Shown here in pieces: positions 1 through 13,749 of a stretch of 64,000 nt of DNA. A program made the translations under genes and the position numbers. The notes beneath the pieces were generated by a model that was given only the letters and a program-made list of their open reading frames with translations, was not told where the DNA came from and did no database searches. Every line of letters starts with the position of its first letter. Position 1 is the stretch's first letter. Source of the DNA: the human T2T-CHM13v2.0 reference genome, Homo sapiens; assembly GCF_009914755.1 (NCBI RefSeq), contig NC_060926.1, one strand, 5' to 3'.

Positions 1-148
1 AAGTGGGCATCAGAATGAATCTTGCATGTCACCAAATCGAAAGCCAATCCTGAGTCATAGAAGCATTGACTGGTGCCAGAACTTCAAAGAAAGAAGGAAC
101 ACTGCTTACCTTAAATTTTAATTGTTTACAGTTGTTTGCAAACCTTTT

Positions 149-422
149 GGCTTGGTGGCTCACGCCTTTAATCCCAGCACTTTGGGAGGCTGAGACGGGC
201 AGATCACCTGAGGGTCAGGGGATCGAGACCAGTGTGGCCAACATGGTGAAACCCCGTCTCTACTAAAATACAAAAAATTAGCCTGGCATGGTGGCGCACG
301 CCTGCAGTCCCAGCTACTGAGGAGGCTGAGGCAGGGGGATCGCTTGAGGCGGAGGCTGCAGTGAGCTGAGATCACGCCACTGCACTCCAGCCTGATGACA
401 GAGCAAAGCAAGACTGCCTCTT

Positions 423-446
<24 letters not shown>
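149..446 (+). mobile_element. Alu (S-type), first bases missing
   Basis: Both Alu arms and a poly(A) tail. Confidence 0.95.
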
Positions 447-454
<8 letters not shown>

Positions 455-977
455 TACCTTAAATTATAATTGTTTACGAACCTGTTTCACACATATTATC
501 TCATCTGGCCCATGAGACTGGCAGGTGAGAAAAATGGGTATTAAATTATTGTTTACATCCCACTGACAAAAATAAACAGGGTCAGCTGGGTAAGGGACGT
601 TTCCCGGATTCGTTAAGGGGCAGAAGTGGGACCACGGTGAGTTCGTTTGTTTCCAAATCCAGAGCCCCCCCCTTCCCTGCCCAGACCCAGGGCTGCCCCT
701 AGACCATGCAGGGGAATGCTAGGTGGGAAATAGGACATTTTGTTGAAGCCCGATGCATGATTTAGCCCACCAGTACTTGGGTTCTAATATTCCATTGTGT
801 GCTAAAAACAATGTACTTGGATCAAACTTTACCTTATATTCATGCAATCTCACAGTTATGTGGAAATCTAGCTATTATACAGAATTATTAGTCTACCTTT
901 AGGGCTCCCCACAGCAACAAGCAAACTCACAGAGCCCAGGGCAGGAGGAGCTGTTCTGACTTCAGGCGGCCTTGCCA

Positions 978-1015
978 GGAGCCCGTTGGCCTGGGTGGAG
1001 CCCGTTGGCCTGGGT
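978..1015. repeat. Perfect 19-bp tandem duplication
   Basis: ggagcccgttggcctgggt x2. Confidence 0.95.
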
Positions 1016-3784
1016 GTCCACTGTCAGAGGATGGAGATTGATCTGGGGTTACCTTTTTCAGCCTTTGCTTTGTTTGTCACCTGAAGGGGCTGGATCCCGA
1101 GCCCTGTAAGGCCCCCTTCGGCTGGTGCACACAAGAGGACAGGTTTGAGCCTCCACCAAGGTCTCTGGATTCCACTTTAAGTGCGGGCTTGGGTGTGGGA
1201 AGCTGCAGGCCAGCCTCGAGGGCAGCCTCCTGGAGGTGGAAGGGCAGCGGGGCGCGAGACTGCTGCGCTGGTGGGATGCTTGGATTCCCAGGCCCCAAGT
1301 CACTATTGGGGAACATTCTTTGAGGTTTAATAGTATTTTAGGATTTTTTAAAGGATAGATAATATCTAGATGTTGTGTTCTACCAAAACAAATATTGTTC
1401 TTTTGGAAATATGTTAGACCAAAAAAATGCATCTAGATCTTCGAGTTTTGACTTGGAAGTGCCTCAAGTGAGCGAGTGCCTGCTGTCTCAGACATGAGGT
1501 GGATGCTGAAGAGATTACCCCTGACTTCATAGTCTGCCTGTCTCAGAGCGTGGGCGGGTTGGCATCGTCTGCACGTTGACCGGGTCGTTTTTAGCTTTGC
1601 CCACTTTTCATTTTTGGCTTCACAGAGTGATGCCTCTGGAGCATCCCCTTGCGGAGCCTCAGCATCTCTTCTCTGCTTGGCCCACGTCTAGCAGTTCTTC
1701 TTCATCTTGCAGGGAAAGTGTGTTGGCAAACATGCTGGATACTGTCAGAATCAGAGCAGGCTGGATCCATGGCCGTATTCTGTAAAATTCCATTGTGTCT
1801 TTTTTTCCCCCAAGTAATCTGGCTCTGGGAGGAAACTCGCTGATTGGAGACTAGCTGAGAGGGCTTGGCTGGGATTCTGTGGGATGGGGCCTTCAGGAGG
1901 TGGAGCCGCCCCAGGCCATGGAGACCTGGAGATGCTCAGGGAAGGGGGTGGTCAGGCCCTGGGTCCCATGTTGGCAGCCTCCCTGGCCCAGCGTTGGGCT
2001 GGGACCATCTGCCTCTCCCAGTGAGACCAACCCTGCCCTCTGGACGGATGGAAGGACACTGGGGAGCCGATGATGCCCAGAGTGTCTGGGGGACGCATCC
2101 AGGGTCCCAGGCCCAGAAAACAATGGAGCCAAGAGAGGAACGAGGTCTCTGGATTCCGGACGCCCTGCTGCTACTTGGCCTCCAACCAAAAAATTGTTCT
2201 TCTCCTTCCTTTTTTAGTAGGGGAGAGAGGAGCAATTTTCCATGGAATATATCTGATGGCAGGTCTTGAGGTCAGTCTGTCAGAGGCCTGGGAGATCAGG
2301 GGACAAGGGTGAAATTCGAATAGATTGTACGAAGGTTTGAGAGCTGGCATGACCCACTTTTGACCGTAAAACCTTTCAGCTTGTTCTTGACTTCCCCCCC
2401 ATCCCTAATACCCCCAACTATGCAAATGATAGTACTAGGAATAATAGTAGTAGAAGTAGTAATAATAATTACAGAAGAGCAAATTTAAGAAGCTAAGGAG
2501 GGAGGAAGGAGGCAGTGGTAAGTTCTGCATAGAAATGATTTTTGCACAGAGCTTTGTCATTGGGAAGGATGCTTATCACAGGGGGCTGATGAATTTGTTT
2601 CGTTCTTGCCTTATTTTTGGCAGTTTTCTTTCTTGATGGTGGGGAGGGTTTGTGACCAGGTCCTAGTGAGGCAGCTTTCTGAGCACTTTTTCTTGATCAC
2701 TGATGATGACCGTAAACAAGCTGTGGGAACATAAGGAAAAGCAGATGTGGCCACTGGTGCTTGGAAGAGAACACAATGAAATTGAGTCCCTAGCAGGAGA
2801 AGTCCCTGTTAAAATGGCCAGAGGACATGGGGACATGGGGCAGGGAGAGCTTCAGAATGAGCGGGAAGCCTCCACAACAGGTGGAGAAAATAGCAAGGGC
2901 TGCTGGGCACGATCATTCGAGATTCCAAGACGTAAGAACTGGGGGCTGGGCTGTGGAAGAAGTGCGAGAGGGAGTGGGGAAGGCAGGCTGGGCGTGCTGT
3001 GGTTATAGGCAGCCTACATGTCTTGAGTTTTCAGTAGAGAAGGCCTGCTCCTCACTTTGACCCCGGACCTGCATGCGCGCTGAGGATGGCAGAGGGGCTC
3101 CTGCCTGTCTCAGTGCTCTGGAGTCCCGTGCTGAGGGAGCATCCTTATGGTAAACGTCCCTGGTTCTGTACCGGAGGAACAGGAGCTCTGGAGGTCTTCT
3201 GTTTGCTGTTGTATGCTGTGGCTCAGAAGTTATGTGGCCACTTTCACTCCCAACTCACAGGCCAGAAAGTGTAGTGGGAGGCTGTGGGCATATTTGGCGC
3301 TTGGCAGGATTGAAGGCGCAACTCTTGGCTTCGTGTTTCAGAGGTTGGTAAATGGAGTCTTGCTCGCCAGGTGCATGAGGTGAAGTCACTGGGCTGGGTG
3401 CAGGGAGTGAGTGGCCAACCACCTGAGAATACCTGGTGTTTCCTTCCTCAGGGACGGTTTGGCACTGGGCAACAGCTCCATTTAGCTAGGGTAGGATAAT
3501 GGTAAAGTTGCCAGCAGCAATGCTTTTCCTGCATTTGCCCCAACTCTGTGCAGGGCCAGCACTTTTAGCTCCTAGTCACAGATATGGTGACAGGCTTGTC
3601 TCCACCATTGGAGTAAGCTCCAGCCCAGCTCCTGGCTTCTGATCTGTGTTGACTGCTACCCGATAGAGCCACAGTCATCCTGTGTGCCTGCTTGAGTCTG
3701 CACCGAACATGGCTCTAGCTTCTTCGTTGGCCAGACAGGATCTGCTGTATCCTTATGATACCTCGTCATCTTGGAGTCCACCGT

Positions 3785-4148
3785 GCACTTGTCCGCTTGG
3801 GCTGCCATAACAAAATACCAGACGCTGGGTGCCTTAAACCACAGAAATGCATTTTCTCACAGTTCTAGAGGCTGGAAGTCCAAGATCAGGGTGCTGGCAT
3901 GGTTGGACTCTGGAGAGACTCTTGTCCTGACTTCTAGATGTCTGCCTTCTTGCTATCCTCACGTGGTGCAGAGCATGCCAGCTCTCTGCTGTCTCTTTTT
4001 CTAAGGGTGCTAATTCCATCATGAGGGCCCCATCCTTATGACCTTGTCCAACCCTAATTACCTTCCAAAGATCCCACCTCAGATACCATCGCATTGGGGG
4101 TTGAGCTTTAAATACAAATTTCAGGAGAGCTCAATACAGCCCATAGCA
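3785..4148 (-). mobile_element. MaLR solo LTR, MLT1A-like
   Basis: gggctgccataacaaaatacca...ctcacagttctagaggctggaagtccaagatc...cagcccatagca matches the reverse of the MLT1A consensus. Confidence 0.85.
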
Positions 4149-6500
4149 CAGCGCTTCCGCACACATCCACGTTGCAGACCCGCCATCCTCAAACGCACTG
4201 TGCTCCCGTGAGCTCCCTGCCCTGGAGTGGAAACCCTGGGCTGGGGAGGAGGTGCGCTAAGACTGGGCCACAGGTGTGCTCTGGTTCAGAAAACTCTTGC
4301 AGGTCCTACTTCCTGCCTTGACACCACCCCCTGCCCACAGCCTTCTCATTCTTGTCCTGTAGCCCAGTTTCGTTTCACCTGTCCTCTGCTTGTAATCCTT
4401 TTCAGCCCCTCTGAAGAGCGGCCCAGTAGGATGGTTGACTGACGTTAGCTTGGCTTTCTTCCTAAGGCACCGTCTTCCTCATTGAAACTGTGCCCATGAC
4501 CTCCGGAAGCCTGCCAGCCGCCTGCCTGCAACCCCATAGCCGAGTCAGCTCCCTGGATGGGCTAGTGTGTTGACCTTCCACTGCCCCGAGGGGAGGACTC
4601 TGCCCTACTGGATCCTCCACCTCTCACTTCATTTTGCCAGTTGAAATGTTCCCCTGCCTAGTGTAGGGACTGCCACTTCATGCTGTCTTGCCAGAGCACC
4701 TTCCCAGGCAGCTGCAAAGGTGGTCTTGGTTTGACTCCCTTGTGGCCCACACAACACTTTCGTTGGAGATGAAGAGTCTCCCTTTCAGACTGCAAGCCCC
4801 TTGAGGTCAGGATGCTGCAACGAATATAATAGAAAATGATGTTAATATTCAAGGTCATGGCCATCCTCAATGCAGCCTTCATATTTTCATAATGAATAGT
4901 TATTGTGAAGGAGCTGATTTTTGGAGGAGTGGTTTGTCTGCAGTTGCACACATCTGTGATAACATGGGGTGGGTGGTTCTGATTCCTGTTTTGAGGTGGT
5001 GATTTATGATGCCTGTGTACTTCCCTGTGGTGCCCAGGCCTGCAGATTACAGACGCTGTGTAATTAGAGAATCCCTCTCCACGTGTGTTCTCTGAACAGG
5101 GAGCCCAGGGAGGCTTGGATCTTTAGATTGATAAGCAGGATAGTAAACCAGTTGTGAGGAACATTGTATAGAGAAAAAACAACCTTGAGTTTCTGTTGAA
5201 ATCTAGATTTGGTATAACTGTCTTCATTTCTTTAAAGAGCATTCATCAATGATATTAATGATTTTCATTTCCTACCTTTGTAGTTTTCATATAAATTAGA
5301 TTTACATAGGAGACAAAGAAATCCTTCCCTCCCTGTTCCAGTTGTGGAACATATGGTCACCGTTCTGTGACTGGGAGCATTGCTGTTTGGCGTGCTTGTG
5401 GGCACGGTTTAAGGGTTGAGACCACATCCTAGGTGGCGGTCACAAACCCGGCCCAGCGGCCTCCCTGCTAGGCAGTCCTCCATCAATACTGATGTTAATA
5501 ATTATGTAAAATCATTCCTGTCCGCAGCCTAGAGTCTCACTGGAGAACAATCAGACATGCTTTATTTTCTACTTGTAATCGTAATCTGAGTGCAATTTCA
5601 GGACTTTGTTTTCCAGATGGCTTATTGTTTCACACGTTTTCTTTTCTCAGTGAAGCCCAGGTAACCTGCTGCTTGGGTGTACGCTGGGCGGGTTCGCAGT
5701 GCTGGAAGAGAGAGTGGACAGATTTTACACCAGCACCTTTCATCTCAGGGGTGCTTGTGAATTGATTGCACCCCTCCTGTGGCGTGGAGGCGGTGCCTGG
5801 TTAAAGTGGGGCTCAGATGCCCCTTGGTTGCATTTAATGTGTGTGCATAATCAGAGGGCAAGGACAGCAGTAAATAATTTATGTCAGCTGGAGCCCTTGG
5901 CCCTGGTAATGAGATCTCAGGGGCAGCGCCTAGAGTGCTGGGCCCTTCCAGATGATCTATGAATTGGTCTTTGCCTTTGTACTTATTCAAACTGACAAAT
6001 ACTTACTTAATAGCTGATTGTATTCAGGTGCTAAGGGAAAAGAACGTGACTGTGTGGGGGTCTCCCTGACTCCTTAGAACCTGCAAATGCATGAAACTCA
6101 TGTTAAGAACAGTTGTGGTTCACGTGTACCAAACTTGGGAAATCCTGACCAGCGCATCCAGGGTCGCTTGGGCACAGTGGTCCTTTTGCATGGGGTGGCC
6201 GGCCAGGTGTGCTGAGTGCCACCTGGGCTTGCATGCCGGACGCATACCTGGCACCTGCTTCCAGGTTGGCCTGCCAGCCGATGTTGTGATCTTGTGGAGG
6301 GAATGACCCCACGTCTCTGGATTCTGGCTTCTGCTTCCAGTGAGACTCCGCCCAGGTTATGTTTGTGGCCTTTTATCTCTCCAATGTGAGGCATCTCTGA
6401 TGATGCCTAAGGATGTCCTTCTAATTTGGAGTTAACCTCTCTTTCCCAGGTGAGGTTAGCAAATACGTATAGATTGTAACAAGAGAATTTTGCATTTCAG

Positions 6501-6774
6501 TTTTGTTTTTTTTTTTTTTTTGAGATGGAGCTCACGCTGTCGCCCAGGCTGGATAGAGTGCAGTGGTACGATCTCGGCTCAGTGTAACCTCTGCCTCCTG
6601 AGTAGCTGGGATTACAGGCAGGCACCACCATGCCCAGCTAATTTTTGTATTTTTAGTAGAGACTGGATTTCGCCATTTTGGCCAGGCTGGTCTTGAACTC
6701 CTGGCCTCAAGTCATCTGCCTGCCTCGGCTTCCAAAAGTGCTGGGATTACAGGCCTGTGCCACTGCACCCGGCC
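6501..6774 (-). mobile_element. Alu with an internal deletion in the right arm
   Basis: Antisense Alu; ctctgcctcc joins directly to tgagtagctggg, missing about 30 nt. Confidence 0.92.
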
Positions 6775-9559
6775 ACATTTAATATTATTTACCTGAGATT
6801 TTTGAGGCAAGCAGCCCTGGGGATGTAAGCACCTTTTAATTTGGCAGCTTATTTGATAAGCAAATGGGTTCTATCTTAAAATCCAAAGTTGTTTACACTT
6901 AATGCATATTTTGAGAGCTGTTACCCAAACCTTTTTCCTTCCTTCAATGAGAAGACTTATATCTTTTTGAGCAGAAACTGTGGATTCAGAAACCAACAGA
7001 ACTCTTCATTCTCCTTAAGGAGATAGAGGCCAGGGAAAGTGTTTTTAGGTAAATAATAACGCCTTCTTGCCTCTCTCCCTTTATCTCCCCATTCTCCCTG
7101 AAAAAACTACAAGAAATGGTAAGGAAGAGAATAAAAGAGGAAAATAAATCACAGATAACTAGAACCACTTTATTGCTATTATTCCAGGTGATCTACTGAT
7201 AAATTAAAAGAAAGATGAATATAAGCTGGTAATTACTTTAAAATATTCCTTTGTGAATGTGCCTAATTGGCGCGGGCCTCCCTGTAGAATGAGGCTCCTC
7301 CTGCAGTTCGAGGAGAGGCTGTAATTAACAGTGAATTAGCATATAGTGGCGCCGTGTGGCCCGCAGGGTGGCCTTGTCCATCTGCTGTGTAGGGGACTTA
7401 GGTGACACCTGGCTAGTGGTAGTCTGCAAGAACCCTTTGTTAATGGGAATATTGTGCATGAGTCAGAATTCAGAATCTTTGGTATGGTTTTTTTTTTTTC
7501 CCCCTTTTGTGTGTTTTGGCCAAATACTCAAAAGCACTAAGTTTTCTTGCGTGGTATCTGTTCATATATTGATTCACCAAATATTGATTGTACATCTGCG
7601 AATGTGCTAGATACCCTACTGGTGCTGGTGAGCAGAAACAGGCAAGGTCTTTGGCCTCAGGGGGTCCTTGGAGTCTAGAAGGGATGGTGACATTGGCCAG
7701 AGTCACCCCATAATCATACAGTTAGCAGTGTGGCCAGCGTCACTTAAAGCGGGGAGGTGGCTGGTGCTGGAGCGTGTATAACAAAAGTGGGATCCGGAAA
7801 GGGCTGCTGGCGAGTGGGAGTTTTCTAGGGAGCCGCTGCTCTTGCTTCAGGTCTCAGATGGCATAGGAGTGTGTGTCATCCCAGAGGAGCAGCAGCAAAC
7901 GGCCTGTGATGGGCTGGATGTATTTGGGGAGGGAAGAAGGCAGTTGTAGCTCAAGGGAGAGAAAAGGCAAGGAGAAACATGGCGAGGGGTGGGGGCTTTG
8001 CTCTTTAGCCCGTGAGCAGTGGAAAGTCATTGAATGCTGTCTGGTGTAAAATCTGTTAGCAGTTTCACTTCCATCTGGAGCACCCAGGCCTGCAGGAGTG
8101 TGGGTTGGCTCTCTACCCCCGTTGCAGATTGGCTTGTGGTTTGGGGTGTGCCAGGCTCAGGGGCAGGGCCCTTTTTCCACACGCTTAGGGAAGATACGAG
8201 ACTGGCTAACTCAGTATTCACCGTGAATTCTTTTGTGGGAAATAGAACACAGCGTTGGGTACCAAGAGGGTGCTGTCTTTTCCTGTTTTCTTGGCCTCCT
8301 AGGGAATCAGTTTGATTCTGTGGCTATTAAATTAATGGTTTAGCTGAGATGTTTTCTCTACTCAGGGCCCAATGCCGTATGTGATATTTTACAACAAATT
8401 TGGTTCACTGGGGCCGACTTGAAAATAGTCAAAGTCCAAGTAAACTTCTGCCTGTGTGTGGTGCGCTCAAATAAAGGAGGCTGTTCAAGGTGAGTGGTTT
8501 TCCTGGCGGTGTGGTTTTTTAAAATTTCTAATAAAATGCAAATGATTACAGCCCCTTCCATGAAGAGTGCAAGTACGCCTGACTCCTCCGCGCAGGGAAT
8601 GAGCAGCCTCTGCTCCTTCATTTGATTGCTATGACAACCCACAGAGGTGGGTGTTGTCACTTCCACTGCCAGCCAGCTTGCACGGTCCAGGGACGTCCCC
8701 ACCCTCGGTTGGGTTGTCCAGGGTCACATGGTTGGGAGTCAGAACCAGACTTCAAAGGGCATGTGACTACAGCATCCATCCTCCCTGCTCTGCCTCGCAC
8801 TGCCTTCTAATGGGTCCCACTGAGGAGCTTGCCAGTATTGTTACAATTGGAGTGATCTCATATGACCAAAAGTTGGAATGATCCCATTCTTTACTCACAG
8901 CCTGAGCTATTTTTTTTCAAAGCATTATCTCTCTACTGTTTGTAGGCAGAGAATTTATTAAATCTTGCCTAAATTTATCCGTAAGCATGGATCAAATGCA
9001 CATTTGGCATGATTCTCATCTCTGAGCCATTGCAACCTATTTTTTAATGCCAAGAGAAAGTATTTTAAGGAAGTGGGGTCAGCTTTCCTCTGCTCCCCTG
9101 ACTTCACAGGATAGCTATGCATTTTGCCTCTTGGGGAGCTGGGTTATTGTGAAACTAGGTCAAATTATTGTTTTTTCTCTTTATGCTCATAGCCATTCCA
9201 AAGACAGAATCCTTTCCTCAAAAAATGAATTTTTGAGTGTTCCTATATTCTTGGGGATGAACTTCAAGGGCAGAAAATAAATGAAAGGGGATTACTTTGA
9301 CAGCATCTGAACAACAGAACACCTTCTGAACAGCACAAACACTTGTAGCAAAATTAAAAGACCAACAAAAATATGTATTACATATAGAGCATTGTCTTCT
9401 ATATGTAAAGAGTTCTTATAAAACAATAAGAAAAATATTTCCTAACTAAAGGAAATGGACACAAAATTCATAAAAGAAGAAACAAAGGAGCAATTAAGAT
9501 ATAAATATATTTGGCTTTGTTGATTAAAGAGTAACAATTAAAATGACAGGTGACTTCTG

Positions 9560-9852
9560 GGCCGGATGCAGTGGCTCAAGCCTGTAATCCTAGCACTTTG
9601 GGAGGTAGAGGCAGGCATATCACAAGGTGAAGAGATCAAGACCATCCTGGCCAACATGGTGAAACCCTATCTCTACTAAAAATACAGAAATTAGCTGGGT
9701 GTGGTGACGTGCACCTGTAGTCCCAGCTACTGGGGAGGCTGAGGCAGGAGAATCACTTGAACCCAGGAGGCGGAGGTTGCAGTGAGCCAAGAGTGCGCCA
9801 CTCTACTCCAGCCTGGTGACAGAGTGAGACTCCATCTCAAAAAAAAAAAAAA
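9560..9852 (+). mobile_element. AluS inserted in an old L1M-like A-rich fragment
   Basis: Full Alu, poly(A), TSD aggtgac(t/c)tct. Confidence 0.93.
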
Positions 9853-10807
9853 GGTGACCTCTTTCTTTTCATCTGGTTAAGTTCAGTGTTAAAAACAAAG
9901 GCCCAGTGTTGGTGAAGGTGATGGAAAATAGTTCCCCTTTTACATTTTAGTGGGAAAAATGTAAATTGAGATAGCCATCTGGAGAGAAATTTGTCAAACA
10001 GTAATAAAAACCCTAACAATGTATTTGACCTCTGACCTGGCAATTTCATTTCTGCCTATCTTCTTTTAACCCTAGATTGATTAAACTCGTTAAATAAAAC
10101 ACATTTGTGGGTATAGAAAACTTCATAGGTTTCTGGCTTCCTGCCCCACCTGTGGTTTCATTCTGCCCAGTTGTGTTCAACTTGAAAACGCTTGGTGCCT
10201 AGCACAGAGTAGACCCTTAATAAATGTTTCTGTCCTGAACAGATTTAAAAACAAATAGTGAAAACAAAATTCTGAACGTATGATTTTAAAAATCATTTTG
10301 TAGCCTAACACTTAGGAAACGTACTTTTTTGTTGCTTCGCTGAAGTGAGGAGGGGTGTATCTTGTAATTTTTAAATGCCATTATTAACTTCCCTAGGGAT
10401 GCTTGTAAAATGAACAAACGTGCATCTTTAAATTTTTTTTATTTTTTTTTTTTAAGCTTGGAAAGAGTTGAAAAGTCAAAGTCACATCAGCTCTCTAGGG
10501 ATTGGGCTGGGCTCACATTTTATGAATTTGCTGTAAAGAAGGGAAACATTTGCTTTCACTTTTGGCATGCTGAAGTGGCTTTACCAGGGAATTGTGACTT
10601 TAATTTTAAGAATTAATCGTAATGTAGGGGGAAAAATGTTCTTAAAACACAAAACAAACATGTGTGAATAGATGAGGAACAGCAGTTAAAATAATAACTT
10701 TCAAAAACTAGGTTAAAATGTCCAGAGAATTAGATTTTGTTAATGTTCAAAGCACAGCTAAGTTACTTTTTCTACAAACAATTCTTGAAAACGTTTTTGA
10801 TTTTTAA

Positions 10808-11209
<402 letters not shown>

Positions 11210-12252
11210 TTATAATCTCTGTTTCTGCGGCCTGGCTAATAGTTTGGATAGAAACATGTCTTGCATACATGAGTATTTGTTTTTTGTTTTTAAAAACACT
11301 CCAAATTCAGATTTCTTTTATTAAGTAAGTGGATGCAGTGCATAGTTTTGGGATATGCATGCATGCACTTTTGAATTTAAATACATACTAAGATGGCAGT
11401 TGGGGGACCTGAGTCTCCCTTGTGGTGCTGTGGGTTTGTAGGGGCCGGCGAGTTAACTGAACTGAGTTGAGTAGCTCACATCTCGTGGAGCATCAACCAA
11501 GAGGATGCAACTTGTGTAACTGTGAGAAGCTCAGACTTGGAAGATCTGCGTCTGTATGTGATCGCACACATTTTGGAGGGTGGGATGTGCTCGGTCTTGG
11601 GCGCGTGCAGTTTTTGCTCCCTTTTACTGTTACTGCGTTGATGATGTGTAACCCATGATATCCATGAGTTACTGTGATTTCTTTGTTTATTTTGACTCAG
11701 AGCTCCAAATACATGGGATGCTAGCAATTTCTGTGTTATCATTACTAAACCACAAGAGCTGGAAAATTCCAGTAGGTTTTTGTAGGTGATTTTTCGGGAG
11801 CAGTTGGTTTTCCTTGGCCTTCATCCTACTCTACAGAGTGAATGTGACTAGGTTCTGTTGTCATGGGGCACCTGGTCTATCTTGCAAGTTGAAGCCCCTA
11901 TCTGTCCAGTTTAATTGACCTCCTGCAGGTCTGGTCTTTCTTAGTTTTTTTCTAACCTTCACTTTCTGGTAGACCCATTTCACATTAGTGCAAAAATTTT
12001 CAGTCTCAATTCAGGCATAAAGCTTCAAGTTAAGGATTTATAGATGAAAAGGCTTTAGTTATTTTATCTTTTTATTAAGGTCCATTTTTAAGCTTATATT
12101 TAAATAATGTACCATAAAAGCTTAAAATTACAAGACTTAAAATTTTAATAGTGGCTGTTAATAATTATTATTACTGAGCTCTTGTTATGTGGTATGTATA
12201 ATCTTATTTAACCCTCAAAACAAAAGCAGAAATCAAAACCTGGGTGGGTAGA

Positions 12253-12710
12253 TGTGGTAGACGTAATAACGGCCCCCAAAGATGTCCCAAGTCCTAATCC
12301 CTGAAACCTGTGAATGTGTGACCTTCTGTTGGCAAAAGAAATTAAGTTAAGGACCTTGCGTTGGGAGATTATTCTGGGCTATCTGGGTGGATCTGTCATA
12401 ATCACAGGGGTCTCTATAAAAGGAGGCAGTAAGAATGATCTTTTGGGTCAGAGTCACAGAAGGAGATGTGAATATGAAAGCAGAGGCTGGAGTGATGGAG
12501 CCATGAGCCAAGGAATGGGGGAGAGCGCTAGGAGCCGGAAAAGGCAAGGAAATGGACTCTACCCCAGAACCTCCAGGATCACAGCCCTAAGTCACCTTGA
12601 TTTTAGCCCATGTCGATTTTAGACCTTGGATGTAAGGTAAGAAATGTGTGTTGTGTCAAGCAAGCCACCAAGTTTGTGGTTTGTTACAGTGGTAATAGGG
12701 AACTCACGCA
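12253..12710 (+). mobile_element. MaLR solo LTR, MLT1D/E-like
   Basis: tgtggtagac...cccccaaagatgtcc...cctaatccctgaaacctgtgaa...agtttgtggtttgttacag. Confidence 0.8.
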
Positions 12711-12724
12711 GTAAGGACAGGGCG

Positions 12725-12825
12725 ATCCCCACTTTACCATGAAGGAAACCAACACTCAGAGAAGTTGAATGATTTGCCCGAGTTCACATCATGAAGTGGG
12801 GGAGCTGGGATTCAAACCTGGGGCT
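12725..12825 (-). mobile_element. MIR fragment running into the VNTR
   Basis: ccactttaccatgaaggaaacc..ctcagagaagttgaatgatttgcccgagttcaca resembles the MIR core (cccattttacagatgaggaaactgaggctcagagaggttaagtgacttgcccaaggtcaca). Confidence 0.75.
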
Positions 12826-13053
12826 GAAGTGGGGGAGCTGGGATTCAATCCTGGGGCTGAAGTGGGGGAGCTGGGATTCAATCCTGGGGCTGAAGTAGGG
12901 GAGCTGGGATTCAATCCTGGGGCTGAAGTGGGGGAGCTGGGATTCAAACCTGGGGCTGAAGTAGGGGAGCTGGGATTCAATCCTGGGGCTGAAGTGGGGG
13001 AGCTGGGATTCAAACCTGGGGCTGAAGTGGGGGAGCTGGTCAATCCTGGGGCT
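12793..13053. repeat. 33-bp minisatellite (VNTR), 7 full units plus 1 shortened unit
   Basis: Unit gaagt(g/a)ggggagctgggattcaa(a/t)cctggggct. Confidence 0.97.
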
Positions 13054-13749
13054 GCTGGAGCCTAGGATCTAGAGTGCAGTCTCTGGCCTGGAGGAGAGAA
13101 GAGGCTCCCTGCAGATGCAGCTCTTTTCCCCATGTCCACCCCTTTAATTTCATGAGCATCCTGGGCTGGCTGCACTAGAAGGGGACAAGATTGCCAAGAG
13201 GCGGCCAGCTGCTGGAGATCAGCAACACCAGCTTCGGCGCCCGAATTGCTGCACATTGTCCCAGCAGCTCAAGTGTCTACCTCCTCTGATAGCACAGGTG
13301 TCTGGGCAATTCTGCATTGCAACAAGGGCCCTGTTCTACTTTTTTCTGCAAGGTTTGTCCAGAGTGCGCAGCCAGACTATATGCTGGGCTTGGTTTTCCT
13401 GAGCCTTGGCCACTGCTGGCGCCCCGATCCCGGGCCAGTTGTTCTTGGTGGCATGGCTGTCCCAAGGAGACACATGTTACTGTCTCTGTAGCTGCCTGTG
13501 CCTCCAGGTGTGGTGCTGCCTTCCTGGGCCTCTGCAGCACCTGCCCTCGGCCCCCAGGGACCTTCTTTGTCACAGCTGAAGCCCTCGCATGCTGGAGACT
13601 TGTCATTCTTCTCCTGCCGGGCATGGATGCTGACAATAGAACTACTTTCCAGAAATCAGCAAATGCTGGGCTGTGCCTTCAAAGTATATCCAGGATGCAG
13701 TGGCTTCCTGAGCCACCTCAGCCATTAGCACCCTGGTCCCGGGCAGCAG

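Noticed and set aside
12769-13065. 98-aa ORF of EVGELGF(N/K)PGA repeats and its antisense mucin-like TSAPGLNPSSP ORF
   Set aside because: A by-product of a stop-free 33-bp unit derived from MIR; no splice or promoter support
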